Assembly (NCBI GenBank): GCA_963575745.1
Contig: CAUYUJ010000037.1
Location: forward strand, 496,001-560,000
DNA from: Prorocentrum cordatum
Taxonomy: Eukaryota
DNA length: 64,000 bases
Reading direction: 5' to 3'
Shown: positions 10,601-21,755 of the stretch, in pieces
How the letters are laid out: each line of letters opens with the position of its first letter
How positions within the stretch are numbered: the first letter of the stretch is position 1
The notes under the pieces: generated by a model
What the model saw: the letters and a program-made list of their open reading frames with translations, nothing else
The model's database searches: none
What the model was told of the DNA's origin: nothing
Translations under genes and position numbers: made by a program

Positions 10601-13600
10601 CAAGCCTGGGGGAGGACATCGCCCCATCGGCCTGATGTGCTTTTGGCTCAGAGTTTGGGGAAGGATTCGCAGGCAGTATTGTTTACAATGGGAACGTGAC
10701 CACCGCCTTCCTGAGATATGGGGCAGCAGCTCTGACACCTGCTGCGATAGAGCAGCGTACTTGCACAACCTGTACCTGGGCCTCGCTCGGAAGGTCGGCT
10801 TCGAAGGGGTCTCGGTGTACTTTGACATTAGCAAGTTCTACGAGCGGATCGACCATGGGCTGCTGTTGAACGCGGCCGAGCTGAATGGTTTCTGCACAGG
10901 ATTGGTACGCGCGCTCTGCGTGGCGTACTCGGGCCCGAGGCGAGCTACGGCAGACGGCGCCGTCAGCGAGGAGATACATGCGAGGGGCACGGTCATAGCT
11001 GGCTGCTCGTGTGCAACAACGATGGCCAGACTCATGCTGATGGACCTTCTTGTCAAGAGCCGAGCCAATCTCCCCATCGGGAGGATCGTCAACGTGATTG
11101 ACGACATCTCGGGCAATGGTATCGGATCCAGAGGGGTGCTAGTCAGCCAGGTGAACAGCTTCGTCCAGGGCGTCGTGGCGATGCTGAGGGACAAGCGGCT
11201 GCCGATCAACTGGGGCAAGACGAAGGTGCTGGCATCCTCAGTGGACACCCAGCGCGAACTGATGAAGCAGGAGGGGTGGCCGCTGGACAGGGACGCCTTT
11301 GCTCAAGGACACCGAGATCTCGGTGGCGACGCGACGGCTGGGGGCCACCGTATGGTGGCGACGCAGGTCAAGCGGGAGTTGGATGCACTCCGTCAGGCAG
11401 CGAGACTGACACGCATCTTCGGGCCTGGGCTGCGGCAAGCCCGGGTGATGCGAGCTGGGCCGACCGCCAAGGCGCTCTGGGGCTCGGCCATCTCTGGAGT
11501 TCCACCTGGGCGCATGAGGGCGCTGAGGGTGGCCGCGGCGAAGAGCGCGGGTCGCCTGCCGCCTGGAGCGGCCCTCAGCTTTGCACTGCAGCGTGCGCCC
11601 CGTGGCTGGCGGCAGGACCCGCTGGTGGTCGCAGTGGGAATGGCAGCGCAGACATTCGTCAACGTGGTGTGGTCTGGGCAAGCCTCTGCTGCAGCCATCC
11701 AAGCGTGCATCCACAAAAGCCAGCAGGTGCTAAGCAAGCAGCGGCCTTGGAGCTCAGTCCGTCAGCCGATAGCGGCGCTCACGCTCACTCTGCAGAGGAT
11801 AGGCTGGCAGCTCGCCGTCGGCGGCACCAAGCTGCTGGACGAGGACAAGAGGGAGTTCGAGGTGCTGCACTTCTCGCCCGCTTTCCTGGCGGAGTGGGCC
11901 AGAGAGGCCACGAGGAAAGCGGCCGCGCTGGAGGAGGCTCGTGATCGTCCTGGATCGCTCTGGCCATGGAAGCTGCCGCCACAGTGGAGGCCAGTCAACG
12001 AGCTGCTCGGCAAGAAGGAGACGGAGACCTGGACTGGGCACCACAAAGGGTGCCTCCGCTGGCTCGTCTCGCTCGCACACTGGCCCCAGGACCGTCTTGC
12101 GAGGCACTCCTCGGACATCGACCCGATCTGCAAGCTATGCCAGGCTGCACGAGGAACGATGTTCCACAGGCACCACGTTTGCCCAGCTTGGGAACCTTGA
12201 CGGCGCGACAGGCTGCCGCCCGACTTGAAGCGTGCAGCTTGGGTAGTCCACGAGATGGGCCCGCCGTTCGATGAGCTGTTCTGCCAGGGCCTGTTCGTGG
12301 ATCCCTCCCAGCTGTTGCACCGCCCGTGCTGGCAGCCTCAATGGGAGCGGCTCTCGCATGGTTGGCATGAAGCAGTTGTGGTCGAAGACGGTGCCATGGT
12401 TTTCGCCGACGGCTCCTGTATCCTCGGTGAATTTCCCCGCCTGCGCAGCGCTGGCTGGTCGGTCGTCGTTCTGTCCAAGGAAGGGGCGATCCTAGCAGAG
12501 GCGTGGGGAGCTGTTCCCCCTAGTCTATGCCCATCGCAGACGGCACGTGCTGGAGAAGACTACGCAGCAGTGGTGGCGCTCACGCAGGTCACTGGCAATT
12601 ACCAGCTGCTGATCGACTGCAAGGGCACAGTGGGCTCGGCGCTCAACCTTGGCAGAGCTCAGGGCCCAACTTCGACCTACGCCCATCTTTGGGCCAGAGT
12701 TGGGGACGCCGCGGAAGGTGTGGAAGTCAAGCACATTCCTGCACATCGGTCAGAAGCAGCTGTGGCCAGAGGGGAGCTATCGGCTATCGAGCTCTCCGGC
12801 AACCGCCTAGCCGACAAGCGAGCGAAGGAAGGAGCCGCCCTCCACGCCCTTCCAGCCGACGAGGTCCTGCTCCTGGAGGGCTGCTTAGCCAGGGCTCGTG
12901 ACGCAGCCCGCTTCGCCGCAGAGATCGAGGTCTTCATCGCGGATTCTGGGATGCGAGACTGCTGGCCGACGGAAGCCTTGGACAACGTCAACCTCCAGCC
13001 GTACCTCTACCCGTGGAACCTGTCGTGCGAGTGCGAGGACTACGACTTGTTGGACGCCACCACGGCGCAGCGTGGCAGAGGCTCGGCAGCTGTGTCAGCG
13101 GCAGCCTTCGCCGCGGCGGCAGCGACCAGCGCAGCGGCCACAGGCGCTGCGGCAGGCGCCGCGGGCGGCGCAGCTGGGCCTGCTCGAAAGCGCCCAGCGG
13201 CTGCGCTGAGGGCCGCCTCCGCCCCAGCCGCCCCCATCGCTGTGGGGCCAGGCGAGGAGGGCAGTCATCGTGCTGAGGCAGCGAGCGAGGTGTTTGCCAG
13301 AGAGGTTCGGCGCAGGGCGGAGGCCAGGTCGGCAGCAGAGTCCTCTCAGCACACCCAGCTAGAGGAGCAACGCCCGTCACCTGCCCCCACGGCTGGACCA
13401 GAGCCATGGGTAGTGCACGGCCACAACATAATGCAGACAAGCGTGGTGAGCAAGCCGAGCGAGGCCATCCTGGTGTGCACGCGCTGCTTCATGTACTGCC
13501 ACCAGCCGCGGTATGCGCACAGGGGCCTGGCCAAGCCGTGCGTCGGTGGCGATCACAGATCGAGCCAAGGGTCGCGTGCTCAGGCCAGGACTGACTTCGG

Positions 13601-14060
13601 CAGATTGCGATTGCCAGGCAAGGAGAAGCCGCCGATCGTGATGCTCAAGTCGCCGACGTTGGAGGAGATGCAGCGCTGGCGAAGGTCGCTCAAGGTGGAT
13701 GACCTCCTGGCGGCGGCGCGGGCTGGCGGCCCAGGAGGCTCGCCAAGGCCTGCGGCTGCACAGCCTGCGGCGGGGCGTGCTGCTGGCGCGGATGTGCCTG
13801 CGGGCGGCGCGGCGGCGACTTCGGCGAGCGCCTCGGCAGCCGTGGGCGCGGCGGCGGTGCAGCCCGCGGTGCGCGCGGGCTTGCAGGAGCTCTCAGTGCC
13901 CGACCTGGAGGGCGTCCTCCGCGCGCACGGCTTCGCGTCGGCGGACGACGCCCGCGCCCGAGGGCGAGAGGCAGCCCAGGTGCGCGGGGAGCGTGACCGC
14001 GCGCTGGAGCGCGGCGAGGCGGCCCCGCGAGCGGCGAGGAGGCGGGGCCGACGCTGGTGA
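7635..14060 (+). pseudogene. LINE-A ORF2: APE endonuclease - reverse transcriptase - CCHC - RNase H - C-terminal zinc finger, with one in-frame TGA at 12198-12200
   Basis: APE motifs SLNG, IQET, SAYL, AADWN, YDYF, HPHAPV (about 8877-9540). RT motifs HRPIGL, FDISKFYE, GTVIAGC, VIDD, LGG. CKLC..H..C. RNase H motifs FADGS, GEDYA, IDCKG, HIPAH, GNRLADKRAKEGA (about 12400-12850). Track ORFs 7635..12200 and 12225..14060 are in the same frame. The true start is uncertain (first ATG 7884). Confidence 0.92.
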
Positions 14061-14182
14061 GCGCCCCCCTCGGCCGCCGTGGGGCCCTCGGCAGTCCCGC
14101 GCCGTTTGCGCGGGCCTGCGGCCCGTTGAGAATTTGTGGCATGACCACGCGGGGGCTCGCGCCCGCTCGAAGAGTAAAAAAA

Positions 14183-14196
14183 AATGCCCTCACCGG
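14183..14196 (+). repeat. Right target-site duplication of LINE-A
   Basis: AATGCCCTCACCGG is identical to 6064-6077. Confidence 0.95.
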
Positions 14197-17100
14197 ATGC
14201 GGCATGATAATACATGTCTCTCATGTTTGGTGTTCGCGCCCAGGCGCAATCCGTAAACGCATCGCGGCTTCGGAGGTCGTGGTGCCCACGGGAACATCAG
14301 TGTTGGCACGGGGAGATCATTGCGTTTCGCGCGTCGAGGCCTGGGCCGAGGGAGGTTGCCCTTCTCCAAGGGGGCGGCGCGAGGGCGCGAGGGCGCGAAG
14401 ATCATCGCGCATCGCGGGGCGCGAGGGCGCGAGGGCGCGAGGGCGCGAGGTTAGGCGAGCTAGGTAACAGCGTGGGAAATGTCGCGCAGCTGCTAGGAGG
14501 CTCACAGGCGCTTGCAAATCAGTATTTCAATAATCGAGGCTTTGAGTTGCAACTCGTTCGCCCGCCGCGGGGAAGTGGAGCGCGAACATGACCAACAACA
14601 GCGCTAGCAGCCCTGTACGTTGGTCAAGCAATTCGTCGGTCTTGTCGTGTACCGTATTCCTACGTTCGTTTCCATCGGCATTGGGTTGTAGGACATCGCG
14701 CAATGTGGTCAAGTGCAAATGTAGTCTTGTCTTCACGAATAAGCAGAGCTCACGGATGGGATCAGCCTGCTCTTCAGAGCAAGGGCTCAGCGGAGCAATT
14801 CAAGATGTGTCTAAGCTGTTGTAATGCTGAGACATCGGGTCAGGCCTGCGTCGGTTTGATGGTGAGAGACCCATGCCACAACTTCGCCCTAGTCGTCAAC
14901 CCTTCCATCCTCCCTCCTCATAACGACTCAGAGTATTTATTTCACATTCGGGTATTGAAGCAACTTGAGATGAGGAGAAGGTGCTGCCGCGAGGCGGCCG
15001 CCGCGGCCGCCGCTGTGGCCTCGACGGTGGCCGCCGCTGCGGCCTCGATGGCAGCCGCGGCAGCGCAGCGCCTGCCGCGCGGAAGGTGCGGAAGGTGCAG
15101 GTCGAGGGAAGCCCTTTCCGGCCTCGGCTCCGAACGGCTTGGAACGCGCGCGTTGGGGAGAGGGACGCACGGCGGAGGCGCGAGGACAAGGGCACGCTTC
15201 CCAGTCGCGGGCGCCCCCGCTGCTTGCCCGCTCGCGCTGGCCTTGGCGCTCCCATTTCCCGTTCTCCCCGCTCGCCTCCTCCTGCCCCCTGCCCCCCTGC
15301 CCTTCCCCCCCCTGGGGGGAGAGTCCAGATCCCCGACGTCGTGATGTTTCACAACCCGCAGGTCCTGGCGTGGCGTTTTTTCACAACGGGGGGTCTTGCG
15401 TTGTTTCGGTGCCCAGGATCCTTCTACGACGTTTTCAATTTTGCTCGGAACGTCGGATCTCAGGGCACGTGGTCCCAGGGACGTCTCGACCTGACCCTCG
15501 GGTGTGGCTCTTCATCCTGAGCCGTTCTTCGACGGACCTGGGGCACGGCGAGGGCCCCTGGAGGCCGTTCGGGATGATCCTGGCATCCCCGGAACGCCCT
15601 CGGCGAGGCGCAGCTGCTGGAACGCACCCGAGGCAGGAAATCCGCCGCGAATCGACAGAAGCGTCCGAAATCCTGAGTAGATCGACCCCTGGGGGCTCTC
15701 CTGGGATGTGTACGGACCGGAATTTCGAGGCGGCCGGTCGGGGTGATCGGGGCGAGGCGCAGCTGCTGGGAAGCCTCCCGATAGGCGCGACAGCCTCCGA
15801 AAACTTCGCGACGGGCGCGACGGCACGAGGTGCCCGGACGAGGGCAGCGGGAGCCGCCGTGGGGCGCGCCGGCTCCGCGCCCAGGACCTTCCGCAGCGGG
15901 CTGCCTCCGAGAAGGGCGCGCGAAAGGCGCCTGGCCCGCGAGCGCGCCCGCCGCGCGCCGGCCGCAGCGCCGGGGTGGAGCCGTGGCCCCTGGCGGCGGG
16001 CTCGCGCCGCGTCTGGGCGGCTCGGAGGGACTCGGCGTGCCCCCAGAAATCCAGCGCATTGGCAGCATCCGGGCGGCGGTCGTTTCGCCGCATTTGGCCT
16101 CGGGAGGCCTTCGCCAGAGCCCGGGACAGTCCAACGACGCAGGATGAAAGGCCGCCCCTGCCCCCCCCCCCGGGAGGGGGTCGGGACTGCTGGGGACCCC
16201 GTGAAAAAACAAGACATCGCATCCTGTCCGAGCCCTGAGGCCCAGGCGCTGCAAGTTTTGGGCACCAGGCGTTTTCGCCCGGCGTCGGGTCCCGGGACCA
16301 CCACAGATCGATCCAGCACGAAAAATGCGGCAGGAAGACTGGGTATAGGGCTCTGGCTGAGGTGTTTCGCGATGTTGCATGTTTTCCGCAGCGTCGGCTC
16401 TCCGGGTGTACACCAAGTCGCTTGGTCCGCCAGGGAGACAAGAAGCTTGGCAAAGGAGTGCGGCGTATGGACATTCCAGCGTCACACGGGTCAGAAAGTT
16501 GGGGCGTCTCTACACCGGGCGATTTGGTGTATCCTTCGAGCCCCTCCCAGCGGCGGCGGCCCTGGCCACGGCGCGGACGCTTTCAAGCGGAACGCCACCG
16601 GTGGCCCAGATTCAGCTGCTATCGCACGATCTGCGATAGTGGAAATCGGTAACGTTCGAACTGGGTGCGGCAAAAATATGCACAAAGACCAACAGAAGTG
16701 GCTGTCCGTTTTGGAGAATAAAACGTTGTCGGTGTCGCCGCGGACGTTGTCCATGTGAGACAACAAGTGTCCTGCCCAACAGCGTCCGCTATCGGATTTG
16801 GACAACATTTGCTGCTGGGCATTGTGGCCCCTTTTCCGTCCCATTTCGGGCGCGCCAAGGAAAGCCGCAGTCGTTCAATATTCGACGATCCACGCACTGT
16901 CATAGACCAACGCCGGCGTCATCGCGAGATTGGCCTGCCGTACACCAAGGGGCCCATCGACTAATTATTGGTTCGCCCGGGGGAGTGTGAGGGGCTGGGC
17001 TCCCCCAGTTGGGGCTGGTCGGTCTTCCTTAGAATTAGAGTTGACGGCATCAGCATGAATGTTGGCCAGCGTATTGGCGGGTTCTTGGGCTCTCGAAGTG

Positions 17101-20100
17101 CAATTGTGGTGGCCAGTCTGTGTATGGTGCGACCTGTGTGTTGCATCCTACTTACTGCAAGCTACGCAGTGCATTCGCAGCATGTTGCGTGATACACTGT
17201 ATGGGGTGTGCTGCCTGAGTGATGTGCAGTGTATGTGCTGCAACCTATGGGATGCAACCAATGTGGAGCAGCATGGCCTTACATAACTTGTATGTATTGC
17301 TGTAAAGCCGGGTGTGAGCCCCCCCGTATCCAGAACGGACGACTCGTGGTCATCTGTGTGGTCTCCCGTATTGTTTCCCGAATGGTCTCCCGCATGTTCT
17401 CTAGTATGGTCTCACGGATGTCTATTTCAGCGTAACGTTGTTTCGTTGTATGTCATCTTGCCGACAGGGTGAACATGTATGTCGCCGTAAATGGATATGT
17501 ATAACTATGGCCATCCAGTGTGCAATCGATCTGCTCATGATGAAGCAGAGTGTGCGATCGACCGGTTGCAATACTTATATTTATAAATATAAATGTAGTA
17601 ACCAGACAACGCTAGCCAGCGCACGAGGCGCTCACCAGGCCCCCTTGCGTGCTCTGGCCGAAAGTCTGCAACCTTCAGCCAGCGTGCGAGACGCCCGAGG
17701 GCGAGCACCAGACGAAAGCCAGAACCGACCAGCCAGCGCAGAGGAGGGCCCACGAGACGCCAAACCGTGCTGCCACCGGGCGAAGGCCTGGAGCCGCCAG
17801 CCAACTACTCGGCTGCGAAAGTGAGAACCTCGCTAGTGCGAGCACGACTGAGCTTTCGCAGGTCTGCGTGGACTTTTTGGGTCGGCGCTGAACGCCCCTC
17901 TCCACACCCCTGCTGGTGCCTCCCGCCCGCTCCGCACGCCAGGGAAGGGGCGGGGGGAGGGGCGTCCAGCGCCAACCCAAGAAATCCACGCGGACATCCG
18001 ACAGTCTATATATATATATATATATGTACATATGATTATCCCGCTTGTGTCGTTCAAATGCTGCAGTACGGGCGGAAGAAGAAGAAGTGGAAGAGGATGA
18101 GGGAACGACGGCGATTACCCCTGATGTTCGGTACTGAGTAGCGGCAGCCTGTGCTTGAGATCAGTTTTCATTTCGGGCTGGTGGCGTTTATTCTCTGAGT
18201 GCAACAGCCGTCGCCACGATTGGGAAGCACATGTCGGTGCGTACCAGAATAGACCGGTTCTTGGAGACGTTGCTGGTGCATGGTTGGGTAATGAGAGTGC
18301 CATGGGCCAGCCTGCTCGAGTTGAGACCTCGCTACATCGTCCACTGACGGTATGGATATTTGGCGATTGTAAACGTACCATTTTTTTTTGTTGTTGAGGG
18401 GGGGGGGGCCCGAGAGGTTATGGTGGCTTCACGTTCAGTGTGTCGTGGTGGTTTTTGTGAAGCAGAGGCCACAGCGTGCGCCTCAAAAAGATCTAGTCTG
18501 AAATGTTGCACCGTGTCTTTTGCACAAAATTTACGGCCTGCATCAGATAGCACGGCACATGTTGCATTACATATACTTCATTACATATACGATATAGATA
18601 GCACCCACGCAGCATATAGATAGCACCCATCACCCATCATATCACAAACCCAGAGTGCCCGATAATCCCTTGATTGGGGTGCACCGTGGCAAATATGGTC
18701 TGTTCCGTGAAGTGTTGCACGACCCGTGTAAGGAAACGAGGATGGTTTCGCATTTGAGCCTCCAGACAGCGCGGGCAGTTCAGATGGCGGATCAAACACA
18801 TGTAGTCGTTTCGCCGACAGGGGAATTTCACGACGCGCATGCACACGAGGCTACTCGAGCAGAACAGCGCGGGACTGACAGTTCCATGCGCACGTAATTA
18901 ACATTTTTCTTCGGGCGCCCATACCACGAAAGTTTTGCGGACGACTCTTCTGACATTTGAGTCAGTCCAAACCAGGGGGCATCAACACCTTTCAGCGCAT
19001 ACCAGAGGGCCAGTGTAAGTGCTGGTGCGTTTGTCAGTGGTTGCACGTGGTTTCTTCTAGGCTTGCGCACGTGCTTCAAAATAAGTGTCCGAATGCCGCG
19101 TCCAATTTGACATGTTTCTAATCCTCGTCCTCCTTTGACGCCTCTTCATTTCATTCCTCATTCGTCTTCCCCCCCGGTTGCTCATCGGTTCCTTCAAATG
19201 GTTTTGCGTTTTTTTGTTCGGCCTCTCTAATCCTCTATTATTCGGCATGGTCGTTCTACACACTATTCTCCTTTTCCTAGCCCTCCTGCATCCATTTACT
19301 GGGACATTCCTGTGGCAAATGCATTGCCATCCGTATATAAGTGGCACTCTGTCAGCGATTGTAATGTTCCATCTCGTTTTGATTGAGACGTCGATTGGCA
19401 TCGGTTGAAGCCCTCTGGTCCGAGTCGTGGCCACGGAACCGAATCGGCATAATGCGAGTTGCGTGGAATCGTACATTTCGCACGCGTGGTAATTAGGGGT
19501 GAGTCGAGGGGCATGACAGGTTTGGACACGGAGTTGGAGATAGGTCCTCCCTCGGTGCCCACCGCTCGAAGACCACTGAAGCTCCTGCTCTTCGCCCCTT
19601 CCACCTCACCATTCCCTTCCCCCTCCCATATCCCGTCCCGTCCTCCCCTCGCCGTTCTTCACGTCATATTTATATATATATACACACCAGCAGAATCGTA
19701 GATGGCAGATGGCCCAAGTGTATGTAGCCGCCTGCCTCCTCGTAGAGCAAGGTCGAGTACCTGACTCGGGAGTGGTAGTGGCACTTCGTTTCGTGATCGG
19801 TCCTGTCCCATCCTATCCTATCCCGCTTCGCCGCTTTTTCCCCCGTCCCCCCCTCCCCTCCCCTCCCCCACCTACATCCTCTGGTCCTGTCGGGCCCCGT
19901 CCAGAGTCTTATCTTGCATCCGGTGAGGCACGCAAGCACGCGCTGCAGAGCGACGACCACTCGCCCAAGAAGGACGAAGTAGCTGAAGCCGCCGAGGCTG
20001 TGGCACACGAGTTCGCGATCGCAGACGGCGACGAGGATCACTGTGCAAAACAAAAATCCAGCAAGGAAAATTGCCCTGGTCCGCGTTGTCGTCCGCCTGT

Positions 20101-20259
20101 AGTGTCGGGGAAGTGTATGTCTTACACAAAGAGATGATTCTATACAATTGTAATCAGAACTGTTCGGGAGTGAGCCCGAAAACCTGTAGCCTTTTGCCCG
20201 GCTCAGAGAAATTAGCTTGACGAAAGACCCAACCATATGCGGCTGCGAGTACCGCATTG

Positions 20260-20930
20260 TGGGCACCGCTTTCGGTGGAGCTTCTTTTGGGGCCACGAGC
20301 CGTGCGAGGGGCGTGCCGAAATGGGCGCAGTGGTGCCATGCGAACCCTCCCACCGGAGCCTTCGGTGGAGCATTCTGTGGGGCCACGAACGTGTGAGGTG
20401 GTGTACCGAATTGAGCGCGGTGGTGCCACGCGAACCCTCCCATTGGAGCGTTCGGCGGAACTCTCTATGGGGCCACGAACAGTGTGAGGAGTGTGCCGGA
20501 TTGGGCGCGTGTCATGCAAACCCTCCCAATGGAGCCTTCGGTGGAGCTCCCCATGGGGCCATGAGCCGTGTGAGGGGTGCGCCGAAATGAGGATGGCACT
20601 CCATGCGAATTTGCCACTGAGGCTTCCGGTGGAGCTCCCTATGGGGCCAGTGAGGGAGGGGTGCGCCGAGATGAGGGTGGAACTGCATGCGGACCCTGCC
20701 ATTGGGGCCTTCGGTGAAGCCTCCTATAGGGCCACGAACCGTTTGAGGGGTGCGTCGAACTGAGGATGGAGCTGCATGCGAACCCTGCCACTGGGGCCTT
20801 CGTTGGGGTTCCCTGTGGGGTTACGAACCGTGTGAGGGGTGCGCCGAAATGAGGGTGGAACTGCATGCGAACCCTGCCACTGGGGCCTTCGATGGAGCTC
20901 GCTACGGGGCCACGAACAGTGTGAGGGCGT
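20260..20930. repeat. About 88-90-bp tandem minisatellite (about 7-8 units)
   Basis: Recurrent ggggccacgaaccgtgtgaggggtgcgccgaaatgag...gcgaaccctgccactggggccttcggtggagc. Confidence 0.9.
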
Positions 20931-20949
20931 GCAGGAAGGGGCGGGAAAC

Positions 20950-21240
20950 GATGACGATGATGGTGATGATGACGGCCGTAATGGTGATGACGATGGTGAT
21001 TACGATGAGGGTGACGATTTTGATGATAATGATGATGATGAGGAGGAGGAGGAGGGTGAGGATGATGATGCTGATGATGATGATGATGATGATGATGATG
21101 TGGTGATGATGGTGATGGTGATGATGATGACGATGATGATCGGAGGAGGGAGGAGGAGGAGGAGGAGGAGGAGCAGGAGGAGGAGTGGAACCACACCCAC
21201 AGGATGTGGAGCAGGAGGAGGAGTGGAGCAGGAGGGGGAG
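20950..21240. repeat. (GAT)n/(GGA)n compound microsatellite
   Basis: Direct reading. Confidence 0.9.
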
Positions 21241-21755
21241 CGCGGGGCGCTGTCTCTTCAAAAAGTTGATCCACACCCACAGGATGGTTGGGAACAAAAA
21301 CGTGCCCCTTGTCCCGCTGCCACGGGGACGGGGGGACGCGAGCATGGTAGCAGAGCTCGCTTGATCGCGGGCCGCTCCGCATCCTGCGAGTTGGCCGCGG
21401 CGCGTACGGCATCTGCGGCCAAGCAGCGGGCAGCCCCATGCCTCGGCCAAGACGGCGCGCAAGGCGCACAAGAGAGCCGCCGTGCGATTAATGCCGCGGT
21501 GGCGTGGGCGGCCGCTTTCTGAAGCGGAAGGCAGTGGTGAGTCGGCGGAGCGTTCCGCGGCGGAGGCCAGCCTCGCACCACCGAAGAAGCGCAATACGCG
21601 CGGGAAGCGCGGCAAGGACGCTCGACAGCATCGGGTGGGCCGAGGCAACGCGTGGCGGAAGCTCGCCGAGTGCGCAGACGCGGCGGACTTCACTCCCGAG
21701 GACGGCCGCGGTGAAAAAGCAGCTGCGAAGAGGCAGGCAGCAGCAAAAGGCTAAG

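Larger units (their letters stand above)
6078..14184 (+). mobile_element. LINE-A: full-length non-LTR retrotransposon, SL-capped, oligo(A)-tailed, 14-bp TSD
   Basis: Contains ORF1 (zinc finger plus coiled coil) and ORF2 (APE, RT, RNase H). The 5' end is the DinoSL, A9 lies at 14176-14184, and the TSD is on both sides. Confidence 0.95.

Noticed and set aside
15139..16758. 539-aa ORF and overlapping antisense ORFs
   Set aside because: They run through dispersed non-coding repeats, are R/G/A/P-biased and contain no domain motifs.
20260..20930. CRISPR-like array
   Set aside because: The whole about 89-bp unit repeats, with no unique spacers.
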